The notes beneath the pieces are model-generated. The model did no database searches, was not told the origin of the DNA, and saw only the letters and a program-made list of their open reading frames with translations. Made by a program: the position numbers and the translations under genes. Shown here one piece after another: positions 13,421-24,375 of a stretch of 64,000 nucleotides of DNA. Origin of the DNA: Hemiscyllium ocellatum. Taxonomy: Eukaryota. Each line of letters starts with the position of its first letter. Position 1 is the stretch's first letter. The stretch lies in the NCBI RefSeq assembly GCF_020745735.1, contig NC_083407.1, forward strand, positions 70,671,857-70,735,856, in the 5' to 3' direction.

Positions 13421-13576
13421 ATAGCGCTGCCAGCATTAGGTCTGATTACTCATTAGCTTGGTGTCAAATTTAATGAATACTGCTGCAGTAAAAATGTCAG
13501 TCTGCTTGATTGCTGTATGAGTTCCATTTGAAGGTAGTTCGGAGTGCCCTAAATCAACTCAGAGTAGGAGACTCTT

Positions 13577-13685
13577 GTGGTGCAATGGTAGTGTCCCTAC
13601 TGTGGACCAGGAGACCCGGATGCAAGGCCAGCCTGCTGCAGCGGTGTATAATAATATCTCTGAACAGCTTGATTAGGAAAAACTA
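13577..13685 (+). mobile_element. short SINE-like repeat (tRNA-like head), plus copy
   Basis: gtggtgcaatggtagtgtccctac (A-box-like)..gcctgctgcag..atctctgaacagcttgattag. Confidence 0.5.
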
Positions 13686-14019
13686 GATTAAAAAATCTTC
13701 ATGTTTGCTTTCATGTCTCAAATTATGTTAAAAATCATGCTTCAAGAGCTCATAAAACACGAGGTACTGGCAGTGAGCAGAAATCAAATGAAAAGAGTGC
13801 TTCTACAAATTTGTTAGAGGAATTTATTTGATCTTGAGTAGAGAAACTATTGTGTTGCAGACAAGGCTGTTGGATATGGAAAATGTCCCCATTGCCAATT
13901 ATAACAGTCCTCATTTTGGTGATCACAAAACATTAAAGTTATTCTACTTGGGAAGGTAAATACTATGAAACTGAAATCAATGACTTTCAGACAATATGCA
14001 TTTATTACTTGCTACTAAC

Positions 14020-14298
14020 CCAATATGGCCAATGTAGCAAAGCATTTTGCAGTTCCTGCGTCATTCTTTGCCTGACAAATGTACTGTCCACTGTGACTTT
14101 CTTCAACCTTAATAATCTGTAATGTGGCAACATTGTTTTCAAAGGACATTTTTATATTTTCATCTTCTTTGATATGTTTGCCATCTTTTTTCCAGCTTGT
14201 CGTTATTGGAACTGAGCCCTTTACAAGACATTGAAATTCAGCAGAATTTCCAGAAAATACTGTTGCATTTTCTATTGTTTGTACGAAGGTTGGTCTCT
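14020..14298 (-). CDS. ttn: titin I-band Ig exon E7 (not in ORF track)
   Basis: 279 bp, read by hand: ERPTFVQTIENATVFSGNSAEFQC..HSGQYICQAKNDAGTAKCFATLAIL; donor GTTAGT. Confidence 0.88.
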
Positions 14299-14579
14299 CT
14301 AGTTTAAAGCAAAGAGAATATATAACCTGTTATAGTTTATAATGACACAACCCAACACTTCATTTAACAAGCACTGTGATTCACGAGCTGCGCCAGCACA
14401 CGCCGCGGCCGGCTGAACGGACCAGGAATTGGCTCGGCAGCGTCACAGACGCGTGCACGTGGTGGAGAGTTCGCGAGGAGCCGGGGTGACAGGGACTACC
14501 AAACAGGAACATGACAACAAAGCACAGAGCACACAACATCCAGGGTAAAAGCACTAAGGAGAACTGGATTGTGACTGAC

Positions 14580-14858
14580 CTTTCAAACTGACTGTAGAAC
14601 TGCAGGAGCAACTCCCAACATCATTTTTGACTGTACACTTGTATTCACCAACATCAGAACTATCAGATTTTAGAATGCAAAGACTGGCTAAAGAAATGTC
14701 AGTGATTATTTTGTACTTTTTACTGTGTCGAATTTGTTTATTGTCTTTATACCACATAACTTCAAAAGGACTTGAACCGGCCACCTCACATTCAAGAGTG
14801 ACATCAGTAGATTTTACTACCTCAACTGGTTCAAGCTTCTTCGTAAATGTGGGAGGTT
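14580..14858 (-). CDS. ttn: titin I-band Ig exon F7
   Basis: 279 bp; EPPTFTKKLEPVEVVKS; donor GTCAGT. Confidence 0.9.
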
Positions 14859-15389
14859 CTAAAGAGCAAAGATGACAGCATAGTTTATAAATCTCGCATT
14901 TAGCAAGTTGAGTCCCAATATTACCAACCATATTAAAAAACTATAATGGTTAATGACGTGAGACAAATTAATAGCCAGACACGTTTAACTTCAGTTATTA
15001 TTGAAGGCAAATAGTTCGAATATTTTAAGAAACACACTTTATGCTTATTTTGTACATATACTCAAATTTCAATGCCATTAGTGATCCTCGCATTTTATAA
15101 TTTTGCCCAGATGTACATAATTAGCAAATAAAATTCTCTGATCAACAAAGAAGAAAAAATATAAAGAGAAGTTAAAATAGTGCATTTTATTTCCCGCTGT
15201 CACTTTATTATCATTTGATTTGAGACGGAGAAGTGTCCTTTCGACCACAATAGGACCTACACTGATAATTGAAGATTAGGTCCTACTATATGTATGTTAT
15301 CCAAAGGAGTTCTGATTTTCAATTTGAGCATAATACTGAATGCTCATGTAAAATGGATAGAAAGGTAGCAAAGTCTTTGAAATAAACTA

Positions 15390-15727
15390 AACTAGGAATG
15401 ATACAGAGGTTTTGGAGAGGGTGCAAAGAAGGTTTACCAAGATGCTGGCTGGACTGGAGGGCTTGCCTTATGAAGAAAGGTTGAATAAGCTCGGACGATT
15501 CTCTCTGGAGAGAAGGAGGAAGAGAGGAGACCTGATCGAGGTGTATAAAATAATGAGAGGAATAGATAGAATCAATCACCAGAGACTTTTCCCCAGGGCA
15601 GGATTGACTGGCACGAGAAGTCATAGTTTGAAGTTATTAGGAGGAAAGTATAAAGGAGACGTTAGAGGTAGGTTCTTTACGCAGAGAGTTGTGAATGCAT
15701 GGAATGCGTTGCCAGCTGTGGTGGTGG
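15390..15727 (+). mobile_element. CR1-type LINE ORF2 C-terminal fragment
   Basis: ORF 15412..15744 ERVQRRFTKMLAGLEGLPYEERLNKLGRFSLERRRKRGDLIEVYKIMRG..FFTQRVVNAWNALP. Confidence 0.85.
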
Positions 15728-15899
15728 TTGCTTCCAGCATGTGAGTAGTTTCCAATCCACAATCAAAAAGAAGCCATAAAATGAGACCACTTAAGCCAAG
15801 GTGCCCAAATATTCCACAATTATGCAAGAAGGATTTGCAACACTTTCAGAAAGACCAAGTTACTTCCGATGGAAAATGTAACTAGGAATTTTTACAGAC

Positions 15900-16181
15900 C
15901 TTTAACTGTAACTTTAATCTCGCAAGATTCACCGCCAGCTTCATTTTGTGCTTTGCAAGAGTAATTCCCACTGTCATCCAGGCTTACATCGACAATTGCC
16001 AAGATTGCCATAGAATCAACGAATGACATTCTGTATTTTTGACTGGCACTAATCTCCCGATAATCCCTGAACCAAGAGACTTTTATTTCAGGTGTGCCAG
16101 TTACTTTGCACTCAAAAACTGCTGTCTCTCCTTTCTTAAAAATTGCTGCAGGCTCTAACTTCTTAATAAAATATGGAGGTT
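15900..16181 (-). CDS. ttn: titin I-band Ig exon A7
   Basis: 282 bp; EPPYFIKKLEPAAIFKKG; donor GTCTGT. Confidence 0.9.
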
Positions 16182-16460
16182 CTAGAGAAGAAAATGTAGT
16201 AAACTTCATTACAAATGTTAAATGCAGGAACAAACAAATACAACATAAAATGGAACAATGAAACACCTATGACTATAAGAAGGAATAAAAGAAGACAACA
16301 CATAACACACTAGTAACATTAAAAACAACAAACTAGAGAAAAAAATGGTAACACATCAGAAAAAAGTAACTTTGCAAAGTAGTATGATTTGCAAACTGGG
16401 AAAAGACAGAAGATTTCAATACTTTTGCACAATAGTTCATAATGAACTGAAAATACACAC

Positions 16461-16739
16461 CTTTGACAAATAGTCTTGCTGTACAAGTGGCAGTGCCAAC
16501 CTTGTTGCTGACTTCACATGTGTAGTCACCCAAATCAGAGACTTTAGCTGAAAGCAGCTCAAGTAAACTTGTTGAACCTTCACTTAAAATGAAACAGTCT
16601 GCGCCAGACATCAGCTCCCTGCCGTCCTTCAGCCATTTTATAGACAGTGGACCAGTTCCTTTCACAACACTTCTAAACTGCACTGTGGATCCAGGCAGAG
16701 CTTCCTGAGCTACAGGCTTTTCCACAAAACTTGGTGGCT
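16461..16739 (-). CDS. ttn: titin I-band Ig exon B6
   Basis: 279 bp; EPPSFVEKPVAQEALPG; donor GTGTGT. Confidence 0.9.
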
Positions 16740-16869
16740 CTGTAATTCATGTGAGGAAAAAGAATCCCTTTAGTACTCCTATTGCTGGGAAAACAAGTGA
16801 ACATCAGAAAAAGCTATAAATGCAAAAGCTGTGAAACAAACTGAAATAAAGGAAGTTCATATTTCAAAC

Positions 16870-17157
16870 CTGTTACTTTTAAGATACCACTGCATTCATC
16901 ACTTCCTGCTGAATTGGTTGCTTTACAAATGTAGGTTCCATGATCAGAAAAATCTAGTTCATTAACTTCAAGCGTCGTTGCATTATCTTGACATAATATT
17001 TTGTGTTTTTCATCAGATGTTATTACTGTGAAATCTTTATACCATGTAAAACTCATTGGAAGAGAACCAGAAGCTTTGCACTCCATATGGACGAAAGATC
17101 CCAAAACAGCATCCAATTCCCGTAATTTTCTTGTAAATATTGGGGGTATAATTTGAT
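16870..17157 (-). CDS. ttn: titin I-band Ig exon C6
   Basis: 288 bp; DQIIPPIFTRKLRELDA; donor GTTTGA. Confidence 0.9.
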
Positions 17158-17493
17158 CTGTCCAAGACAAAGGCAGCCACTCAATAACAAATATTTGGAA
17201 GTGGTTGAAATGAATAGGAACAACTCTGATTGTTTACATTAAGAGAGAATGACTTAAATGATGGAATTTTCAGATTGATTGGGAATACGTCCTCCATGAT
17301 CACTCAAATCAAATCTAACTTTCAAGCTGTCAACATGGCTATTCTACTTAGTTCCATGATGACTGGATCTCAACAAGTAAAAGTATCACAATAAAACACT
17401 TTAAATATGTCTAAGATCAACAGTTTTGCATGCTATGTTTTTCAATGCCACTGGATATTTAAACTAATATTTTAAATGCAAGGAAAAACTAAC

Positions 17494-17772
17494 CTAATAC
17501 AGTCAATGTTACTTTGCAGATGCTGGTTCCAAATTCATTCTTAACCTCAAATGTATACTCAGCCGTATCCTCATTAGAAACAGAGGGAATCTTTAGGCTG
17601 ATCACGTTATTCTCAAAGCTGAGTTTGTGTGTCCTGCTTGGTACCATTTCATTGCCATCCTTAAAACATTTAACTCTTAATTCTGGGGTACCAGTTACAG
17701 TACATTCCAAGTTTGCTGGATTTCCTGCGGTCACACTGAGCGGCTGTGCCGGTTCTATGATTTTTGCTGGTT
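17494..17772 (-). CDS. ttn: titin I-band Ig exon D6 (core Trp replaced by Cys)
   Basis: 279 bp; EPAKIIEPAQPLSVTAG..LRVKCFKDG; donor GTTAGT. Confidence 0.88.
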
Positions 17773-17902
17773 CTATGGAGGAAAAAAAATCCATTCAATA
17801 TCTTACAGCTATGAATCTCATTTCAGTTGGTGCACAACAAAGAATCTGAATCAGCTTGCAAAAATTTGAAGTGGAGGGTTGTGAAGTTAATGTCCCACCA
17901 AC

Positions 17903-18181
17903 CTGCTACCAGCAATGTGGCATAACACTTGTCAGTTCCTGCATCATTCTTGATATGACATGTATATTTCCCAGCATGATTTTCTCCAACAGTATTTATT
18001 TGAAGAGTAGCGACATTATTCTCAAAAGACAGTGAGATATTACCATCTTCTTTGATATAATCTTTGTCTTTCATCCAAGTTACATAAATGGGCTTTGAGC
18101 CTTTGACTAGACATTGGAATGCAACAGAATTTCCTGACAATGTTGTTACATTTTCAATCTTCTTCACAAATCCTGGGGGTT
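17903..18181 (-). CDS. ttn: titin I-band Ig exon E6
   Basis: 279 bp; EPPGFVKKIENVTTLSG; donor GTTGGT. Confidence 0.9.
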
Positions 18182-18359
18182 CTAGTGTAAAGTAAATGGT
18201 AATGTAAATAATTATTAGTTGTCCTAATTATGTTTTAATGCAATTTGGAAAGCTTCTTCAGGTATCTAAGCAATTAATTTTGCAGTGGAGAATAAAACAA
18301 TAAAGTTGGCACTATTAACAATGGAAGACAAATATTTTTGACAATGTATTTCAACTGAC

Positions 18360-18638
18360 CTTTCAAACTGACTGTGGAACTGCAGGAACAACCCCCCACA
18401 TCATTTTTGACTGTGCATGTGTATTCGCCAACGTCAGGGGTATCAAATGTTAGAATGCAGAGACTGGCTAAATAATTGTCAGAGATCATTTTGTATTTTT
18501 TGCTGCTCCGAATTTGTTTATTGTCCTTATACCACACAACTTCAAATGGAGCAGTACCGGTCACCTCACATTCCAGTGTGATATCATTGGTTTTAACTGT
18601 TTCAGCAGATTGAAGTTTCCGCTTAAAACTGGGAGGTT
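18360..18638 (-). CDS. ttn: titin I-band Ig exon F6 (probable chimeric junction exon)
   Basis: 279 bp; EPPSFKRKLQSAETVKT; donor GTCAGT. Confidence 0.9.
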
Positions 18639-18756
18639 CTATAAAGTAATCACAATAAAGTCCAAACTCAACAAAAGCACTGAAAATAAGAGTAGCTTTG
18701 CTCAAGAAAATTAAAATATGTATTATGCTACCAAATTACAAAGACAATTTACAGAC

Positions 18757-19038
18757 CTTTAACTTCAACCTCAGTGCTGCTGCTGTCACTACCAGCTTCA
18801 TTCCTCGCTTCACAGATGTAGTTTGTACTGTCCTCCAAACTAACACTAATAATCTCAAGAACTGCCACAGAACCATCAAACGACATCATACATTTGTCAC
18901 TGGCTATAAGTTCATGACCACCTTTGTACCAAGTAACTTTGATTTTTGGTGTGCCAGTTATAATGCATTCAAAACGTGCTGTATCTCCTTTCTTTATTAT
19001 CGTTGATGGATTCAGCTTTTTAATGAAGCTAGGAGGTT
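18757..19038 (-). CDS. ttn: titin I-band Ig exon A6 (not in ORF track)
   Basis: 282 bp, translated by hand, no stop: EPPSFIKKLNPSTIIKKG..DSTNYICEARNEAGSDSSSTEVEVK; donor GTCTGT. Confidence 0.88.
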
Positions 19039-19689
19039 CTAGAAGTCAAAATGTTAGAAATGTCAGTATAAATTTAAAGGATAGCCAACAGCTATTCAAA
19101 CTCACAATAAAATATAAGTAATTATCAATAATGCATTTACAGTCAAAATTTGCCACCTTAATAAATCTGATCCATACTCAACTGTGGCTTTATTAATAGT
19201 AAAGAAAACATAATCTCTTTTTCACATGATCTCAGTATTTCTTATTGCTACCTCTGTTATAATAACTATTATTTAGGGTTGGGGCAGACTAAACTATGAA
19301 AGTTCTTAAAGTTGTCCCCTTTACTATTTATCACACAAATCAATTTGAATTGAGAGGTTTTATTTCAGGACTTTGAACTGAGAACAAATTCTCCACCACT
19401 CCACAACACTTCACCTAACAGTGACTATCTGAATACAGTCCACTTTTGAGTAAAATGTAGAGTTTCAAAATAGGGACTATTAAGTCTGATTCTCAGCCCA
19501 GATTTACTGTGCTGTATAATTGGTATTGCTCCTTGTCCATGACGGGCAATGTAAATCCTACCACTACAGCTGATCAATTGCTAAGAAAATAAATCAGTTG
19601 TGCTGAACCTTTCATCTAGCTAGACTTGCAAAGCAATCTTATGTGAAATAGAGTTGTAAAACTGTAAAATAATATACAAAAATGCACAC

Positions 19690-19968
19690 CTTTCACAAAC
19701 AATTCTGCAGAACAGGCAACTGTCCCAACATCGTTGCTGACTTGGCAGGTGTAACTGCCTGCATCAGATATTTTAGCTGAGACCAACTCTAGCAAATATG
19801 TTGAGCCTTCATTCCAAATAGAATATGCCACACCATGCATCAATTCCCTGTCCTCTTTGAGCCATTTTGTAGATAACGGTGTGGTTCCTTTCACAACAGT
19901 CCTAAACTGTACAGTAGAACCAAGTACAACATCCCGTGATGTTACTTTTTCGACAAAGCTTGGAGGCT
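19690..19968 (-). CDS. ttn: titin I-band Ig exon B5
   Basis: 279 bp; EPPSFVEKVTSRDVVLG; donor GTGTGC. Confidence 0.9.
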
Positions 19969-20206
19969 CTAAAATTCACACAGGAAAAGAAACACATTTA
20001 ATTAACTCATGTACAGAGAAACTGTAAGACATGATCAGGTTGAAGAGAATGTTGTTGAGAAATGCTAACATGTTCTTCAAAAATCTATGAAGTAACAAAA
20101 TTAAGATAGTGATATTTGAAAACTATATTTAGTCTAGTGTAGGAAGAATTTAAAAATTACTTGGCTAAGCAAATACATGGGAAAGAAATACAATAAACGC
20201 TCACAC

Positions 20207-20494
20207 CTTTTACACTTAAGAAAGCACTGCATTCGTCCTTTCCTGCTGAATTTGTTGCTCTACAAGAGTAAATTCCACCATCTGAAACGTCTAACTCATT
20301 GACCTCCAAAGACAGCATGTTGTCTTGAAATAACATATTGTATTTGTTACTGGCTGATATTTCATTGCCATCTTTATACCAAGAGATGTCCATCGGAATA
20401 GAACCAGAAATTTTGCATTCCATTTGTACAAAAGATCCTAAAGTACTGCTTGATTCCTTTAATTTTCTCGTAAAAAATGGAGCAATTATTTGTT
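20207..20494 (-). CDS. ttn: titin I-band Ig exon C5
   Basis: 288 bp; EQIIAPFFTRKLKESSS; donor GTGTGA. Confidence 0.9.
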
Positions 20495-20622
20495 CTGTCC
20501 AGGGCAAGGGAGAAAAGATATCAATTCAAAAATTAATTATTTTAAAATTTGTGACAATATTTGTTATGTTTTAAATATTGCTTTAAGCAAATTAAAGCCA
20601 TCAACACAAATTAATCACTGAC

Positions 20623-20901
20623 CTAACACTGTCAAAGAAATACTGCAGCTGTCAGCTCCAAATTCATTCTGGACGTTGAAAGTATAGTCAGCACTGTCAT
20701 CCTTTTCAACAGACCGAATTTTTAGACTTGCCACTTTATTTGCAAAACTCATTTTATATTTTCCAACTGACTCCAGTTTCTCTCCATTTTTGAACCACGC
20801 AACACTTAATTCTGGTGTACCAGCTACAGTACACTCCAAAATTGCTGGATTTCCTGAAGTCACTGTGAATTGCTCAGTTTTTTCTATGATTTTTGCAGGT
20901 T
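20623..20901 (-). CDS. ttn: titin I-band Ig exon D5
   Basis: 279 bp; EPAKIIEKTEQFTVTSG; donor GTCAGT. Confidence 0.9.
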
Positions 20902-21390
20902 CTGTGGGAATAATGAGATCAGTTACATCAGGAGAACTGTATAATTTTGATTATTATTTTATCATTTATTTTGTAGTGCAAGCTTGATGCCTCAGAATTT
21001 GGTTCAATTCTAGTCACAACTTCTATAACAAACATTTCTACCATCAACTTTCCATAATGCTCCATGTGCAATAACTTGTGACAGTCTCAATTCAGCTCAC
21101 AAAGAGTTGGTGTTCATATTGTAAAACCTGAGCATTATGTAAGCAATCTCATTCAGAAATGCCATAAAATGGATGGTGATAGAAAGTGAAAGACCTCACG
21201 TGGATAGAGTGGAAACCTCATCTGACAATTTATCAGAGATGTATTTTAAAACACAATTGAGAAATTGTATCCTGCAGTAAACAGAGTCATTCTTGCAATT
21301 ACTAACAATGACTGCTCCACATGGAAAATGATCTATCACTGGAGCTTAAAAGAATGTGGGCAGACTTTCATAGAAAACCATAAAATTCAA

Positions 21391-22033
21391 ACTGGACCAG
21401 ACAGGGTAAATGCAGGAAATATGTTCCCAATGACCAGGCAGTCCAGAACCATGGGCTCACAGTCTGACAATATAAGAATGGACATTTAGTACTGAGACAG
21501 GGAGAAATGTCCTCACTGAGAGTGGTGAGCCCATTGAATTATTTGCAACAGAAAGTAGTTGAGGCCAAAGCATTCAATGTTTTCAAGAAGGAGTTAGAAT
21601 AGAATAGAATCCTTACAGTGTGGAAGCAGTCCATTTGGCCCATCGAGTCCACACCGACCATCTGAAGATCCAGCCCCATCCTATGGTTAATCCACCTAGC
21701 CTGCACACGATGGGCTATTTAGCATTGCCAATCCACCTAATCTGCACATCTTTGGACTGTGAGAGGAAATCCACACAGACACAGGAAGAATGTGCAGACT
21801 GCACACTGACAGTTGCTTGAGATTGGAATTGAACCCAGGTCTCTGGGGCTGTGAGGCAGTAGTGCTAACTGTTGAGTCACTGTTGTTCTTATGACTGAAG
21901 GGGTCAAAGGGTGTGGGGTAAAGTAGGAACATCGTAGTAAATTGGATGATCAGCCATGATTACACTGAATGGCAGAACAGGCTTGAAGGGCTGAATGGCT
22001 GACTTCTGCTCCTATTTTCTATGTTTCTATGTT
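21391..22033 (+). mobile_element. CR1/L2 LINE 3' end interrupted by a SINE
   Basis: gaaagtagttgaggccaaag..ttcaagaaggagttag, resumes after the SINE with ggatgatcagccatgat..cctattttctatgtttctatg tail. Confidence 0.7.
21601..21885 (-). mobile_element. HE1-type elasmobranch SINE
   Basis: Reverse complement has a tRNA-like head (cagttagcactactgcctcacagc..gggttcaattcc), central gtccaaagatgtgcag..ggcaatgctaaat, 3' ccacactgtaagg and (ATTCT)n tail. Confidence 0.8.
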
Positions 22034-22177
22034 TATATCCCCTTAACAGTTTTAAATTTCCTAATTTTGATGATCATAGAATTAATTTTTTAAAAATGAA
22101 AACTACATTATGTGAAAACGTAAATGTCATGGAATTCTGACTTTTGGACAATGTTGTGCTTATTATTTGGTACTAAC

Positions 22178-22456
22178 CCATTACAACCAATGCAGCCGCG
22201 CATTTTGCAGTTCCTGCATCATTCTTTGCCTGACAAACGTAATTTCCACTGTGATTTTCTTCAACGTTAATAATCTGTAATGTGACAACATTATCTTCAA
22301 AGGACATTTTTACGTTATCATCTTCTTTGATATTTTTGCCATCTTTTTTCCAGCTTGTCGTTATTGGAACTGAGCCTTTTACAAGACATTGAAACACAGC
22401 AGAATTTCCAGAAAATACTGTTGCATTTTCTATCGTTTGTATGAAGGTTGGTCTCT
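22178..22456 (-). CDS. ttn: titin I-band Ig exon E5
   Basis: 279 bp; ERPTFIQTIENATVFSG; donor GTTAGT. Confidence 0.9.
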
Positions 22457-22632
22457 CTAGTTTAAAGCAAAGAGAATATATAACCTGTTATAGTTTATAT
22501 TACATAGTCACTGTTTAAATTTTTAAAATATTGTGATTTGAGATGTTGATTAATAACATACAGGAATATAATAATGAAGAGATACTACACAACATCCAGG
22601 TAAGTACTTGGGAGAACTGGATTATAACTGAC

Positions 22633-22911
22633 CTTTCAAACTGACTGTAGAACTGCAGGAGCAACTCCCAACATCATTTTTGACCGTACATGTGTATTCG
22701 CCAATGTCTGAGCTATCGGATGTTAGAATGCAAAGACTGACTAAAGAAATATCTGAGATCATTTTGTACTTCTTACTGCGTCGTATTTGTTTATTGTCTT
22801 TATACCACATAACTTCAAAGGGACCTGAACCGGCCACCTCACATTCAAGAGTGACATCAGTAGATTTTACGACCTCAACTGGCTCAAGCTTCTTTGTAAA
22901 TGTGGGAGGTT
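22633..22911 (-). CDS. ttn: titin I-band Ig exon F5
   Basis: 279 bp; EPPTFTKKLEPVEVVKS; donor GTCAGT. Confidence 0.9.
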
Positions 22912-23056
22912 CTAAAGAATAAACACATAACTTGGTTAATAGGTCATTGCCTCAAACGTTTGTGACGCTGAACAATACTCACTGATATTAGAAATGTTCA
23001 AGTGATCTTCATTTCAATTTTTGATTATAACTTCAGAGAGACAAACCAACACAGAA

Positions 23057-24375
23057 ATAGTCATAGACTTGTACAGCACTGAAAAAAAACCCTTCATTCC
23101 AACTCATCCATGCTGACCAGATATCCAAATTAATCTAGTCCCATTTGCCAGCATTTTGCCCACGTCCCTCTAAATCCTTCCAATCATGTACTCATCCAGA
23201 TGCTTTTTAAATGTTGTGATTGTACCTGCCTCAAATGCTTCCTCTGGTAGCTCATTCCATACAAACGCCACCCTCTGCCTGAAAAGGTTGCCCCTTAGAT
23301 CCCTTTCAAATCTTTCCCATCTCACCTTAAACCTATGACCTCTAGTTTTTGGACTCCCTTACACTGGGAAAAAGACCTTGTCTTTTTACCCTATCATGCC
23401 CCTCATGATTTCATAAACCTCTATGAGGTTATCCCTCAGCCTTCAACGCTCCAGAGAAAACAGCCACAGCCTATTCAGCCTCTCCCTAGCGATTAAACCC
23501 TCCAACCACAGCAACATCCTTGGAAATCTTTCTGAACCCTTTCAAGTTTAACATCTTTCCTCGAGCAGTATGCCGAAAGTGGCCTAACCAATGTCCTGTA
23601 CAGCCACAACATGACCTCCCAACTCCTGTACTCAACGCACTGACCAACAAAGGATAAGGTCGACTCCATGCGAGCTCCTGCGTGCAAATCTAAGTTCCCT
23701 ATTTCTTACAATCATGACCTATTATTTACTTACCTTTGCTATTTAACTATGTGATCTGCTTGTATTGCTCGCAAAACAAAGCTTTTCACTGTACCTTGGT
23801 ATATGTGATAATAAATTAATTCAATTCAGTTCAATTCAAAGGCAACTGTACCAAACGCCTTCTTCACTACCCTGTCTACTGCGATTCCACTTTCAAGGAA
23901 ATATGAATCTGTGCCACAAGGTAACACTCTCCAGGACACGACCATTACGTGTATTTGTCCTGCTCTGATTTGGCTTACCAAAATGCAATACTACACATTT
24001 ATATAAATTAACCTCCATCTGCCACGCCTTGGTCCATCGCCCCATTTGATCAAGGTCCTGTTGCACTCTGAGATAACCTTATTCACTGTCCACTACATCT
24101 CCAATTTTGGTGTCACCTGCGAACTTACTAACCATCTCTCCTATATTCACATCCAAATCAATTATATAAATGACAAAAAGCAGTGGATGCCAGCACCGAT
24201 CCATACAGCACGCCACTGATCACAGGCCTCTAATTTGAAAATTAACCTCCAACACTACCCTCTGTCTCCTATCTTCAAGCCAATTTTGTATCCAAATGGC
24301 GAGCTCGCCCTGGATTCCATGTGATCTGTCCTTGTTATTCAATTTGCTATGCTGAACCTTGTTGAACGACTTGCT
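23057..24375 (-). mobile_element. CR1-type LINE 3' ~1.1 kb (HER1-like), degraded, with nested insertion
   Basis: Tail ctatgactat at 23057; RT C-terminal remnants (EYRSWEVMLWLYRTLVRP, IQNWLEDRRQRVV) in ORFs 23493..23687 and 24220..24402. Confidence 0.8.
23654..23837 (+). mobile_element. 5'-truncated retroposon 3' end nested in the CR1, (ATTCA)n-like tail, candidate TSD aaagg
   Basis: caaaacaaagcttttcactgtaccttggtatatgtgataataaatt plus tail; aaagg at 23649-23653 and 23838-23842. Confidence 0.55.
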
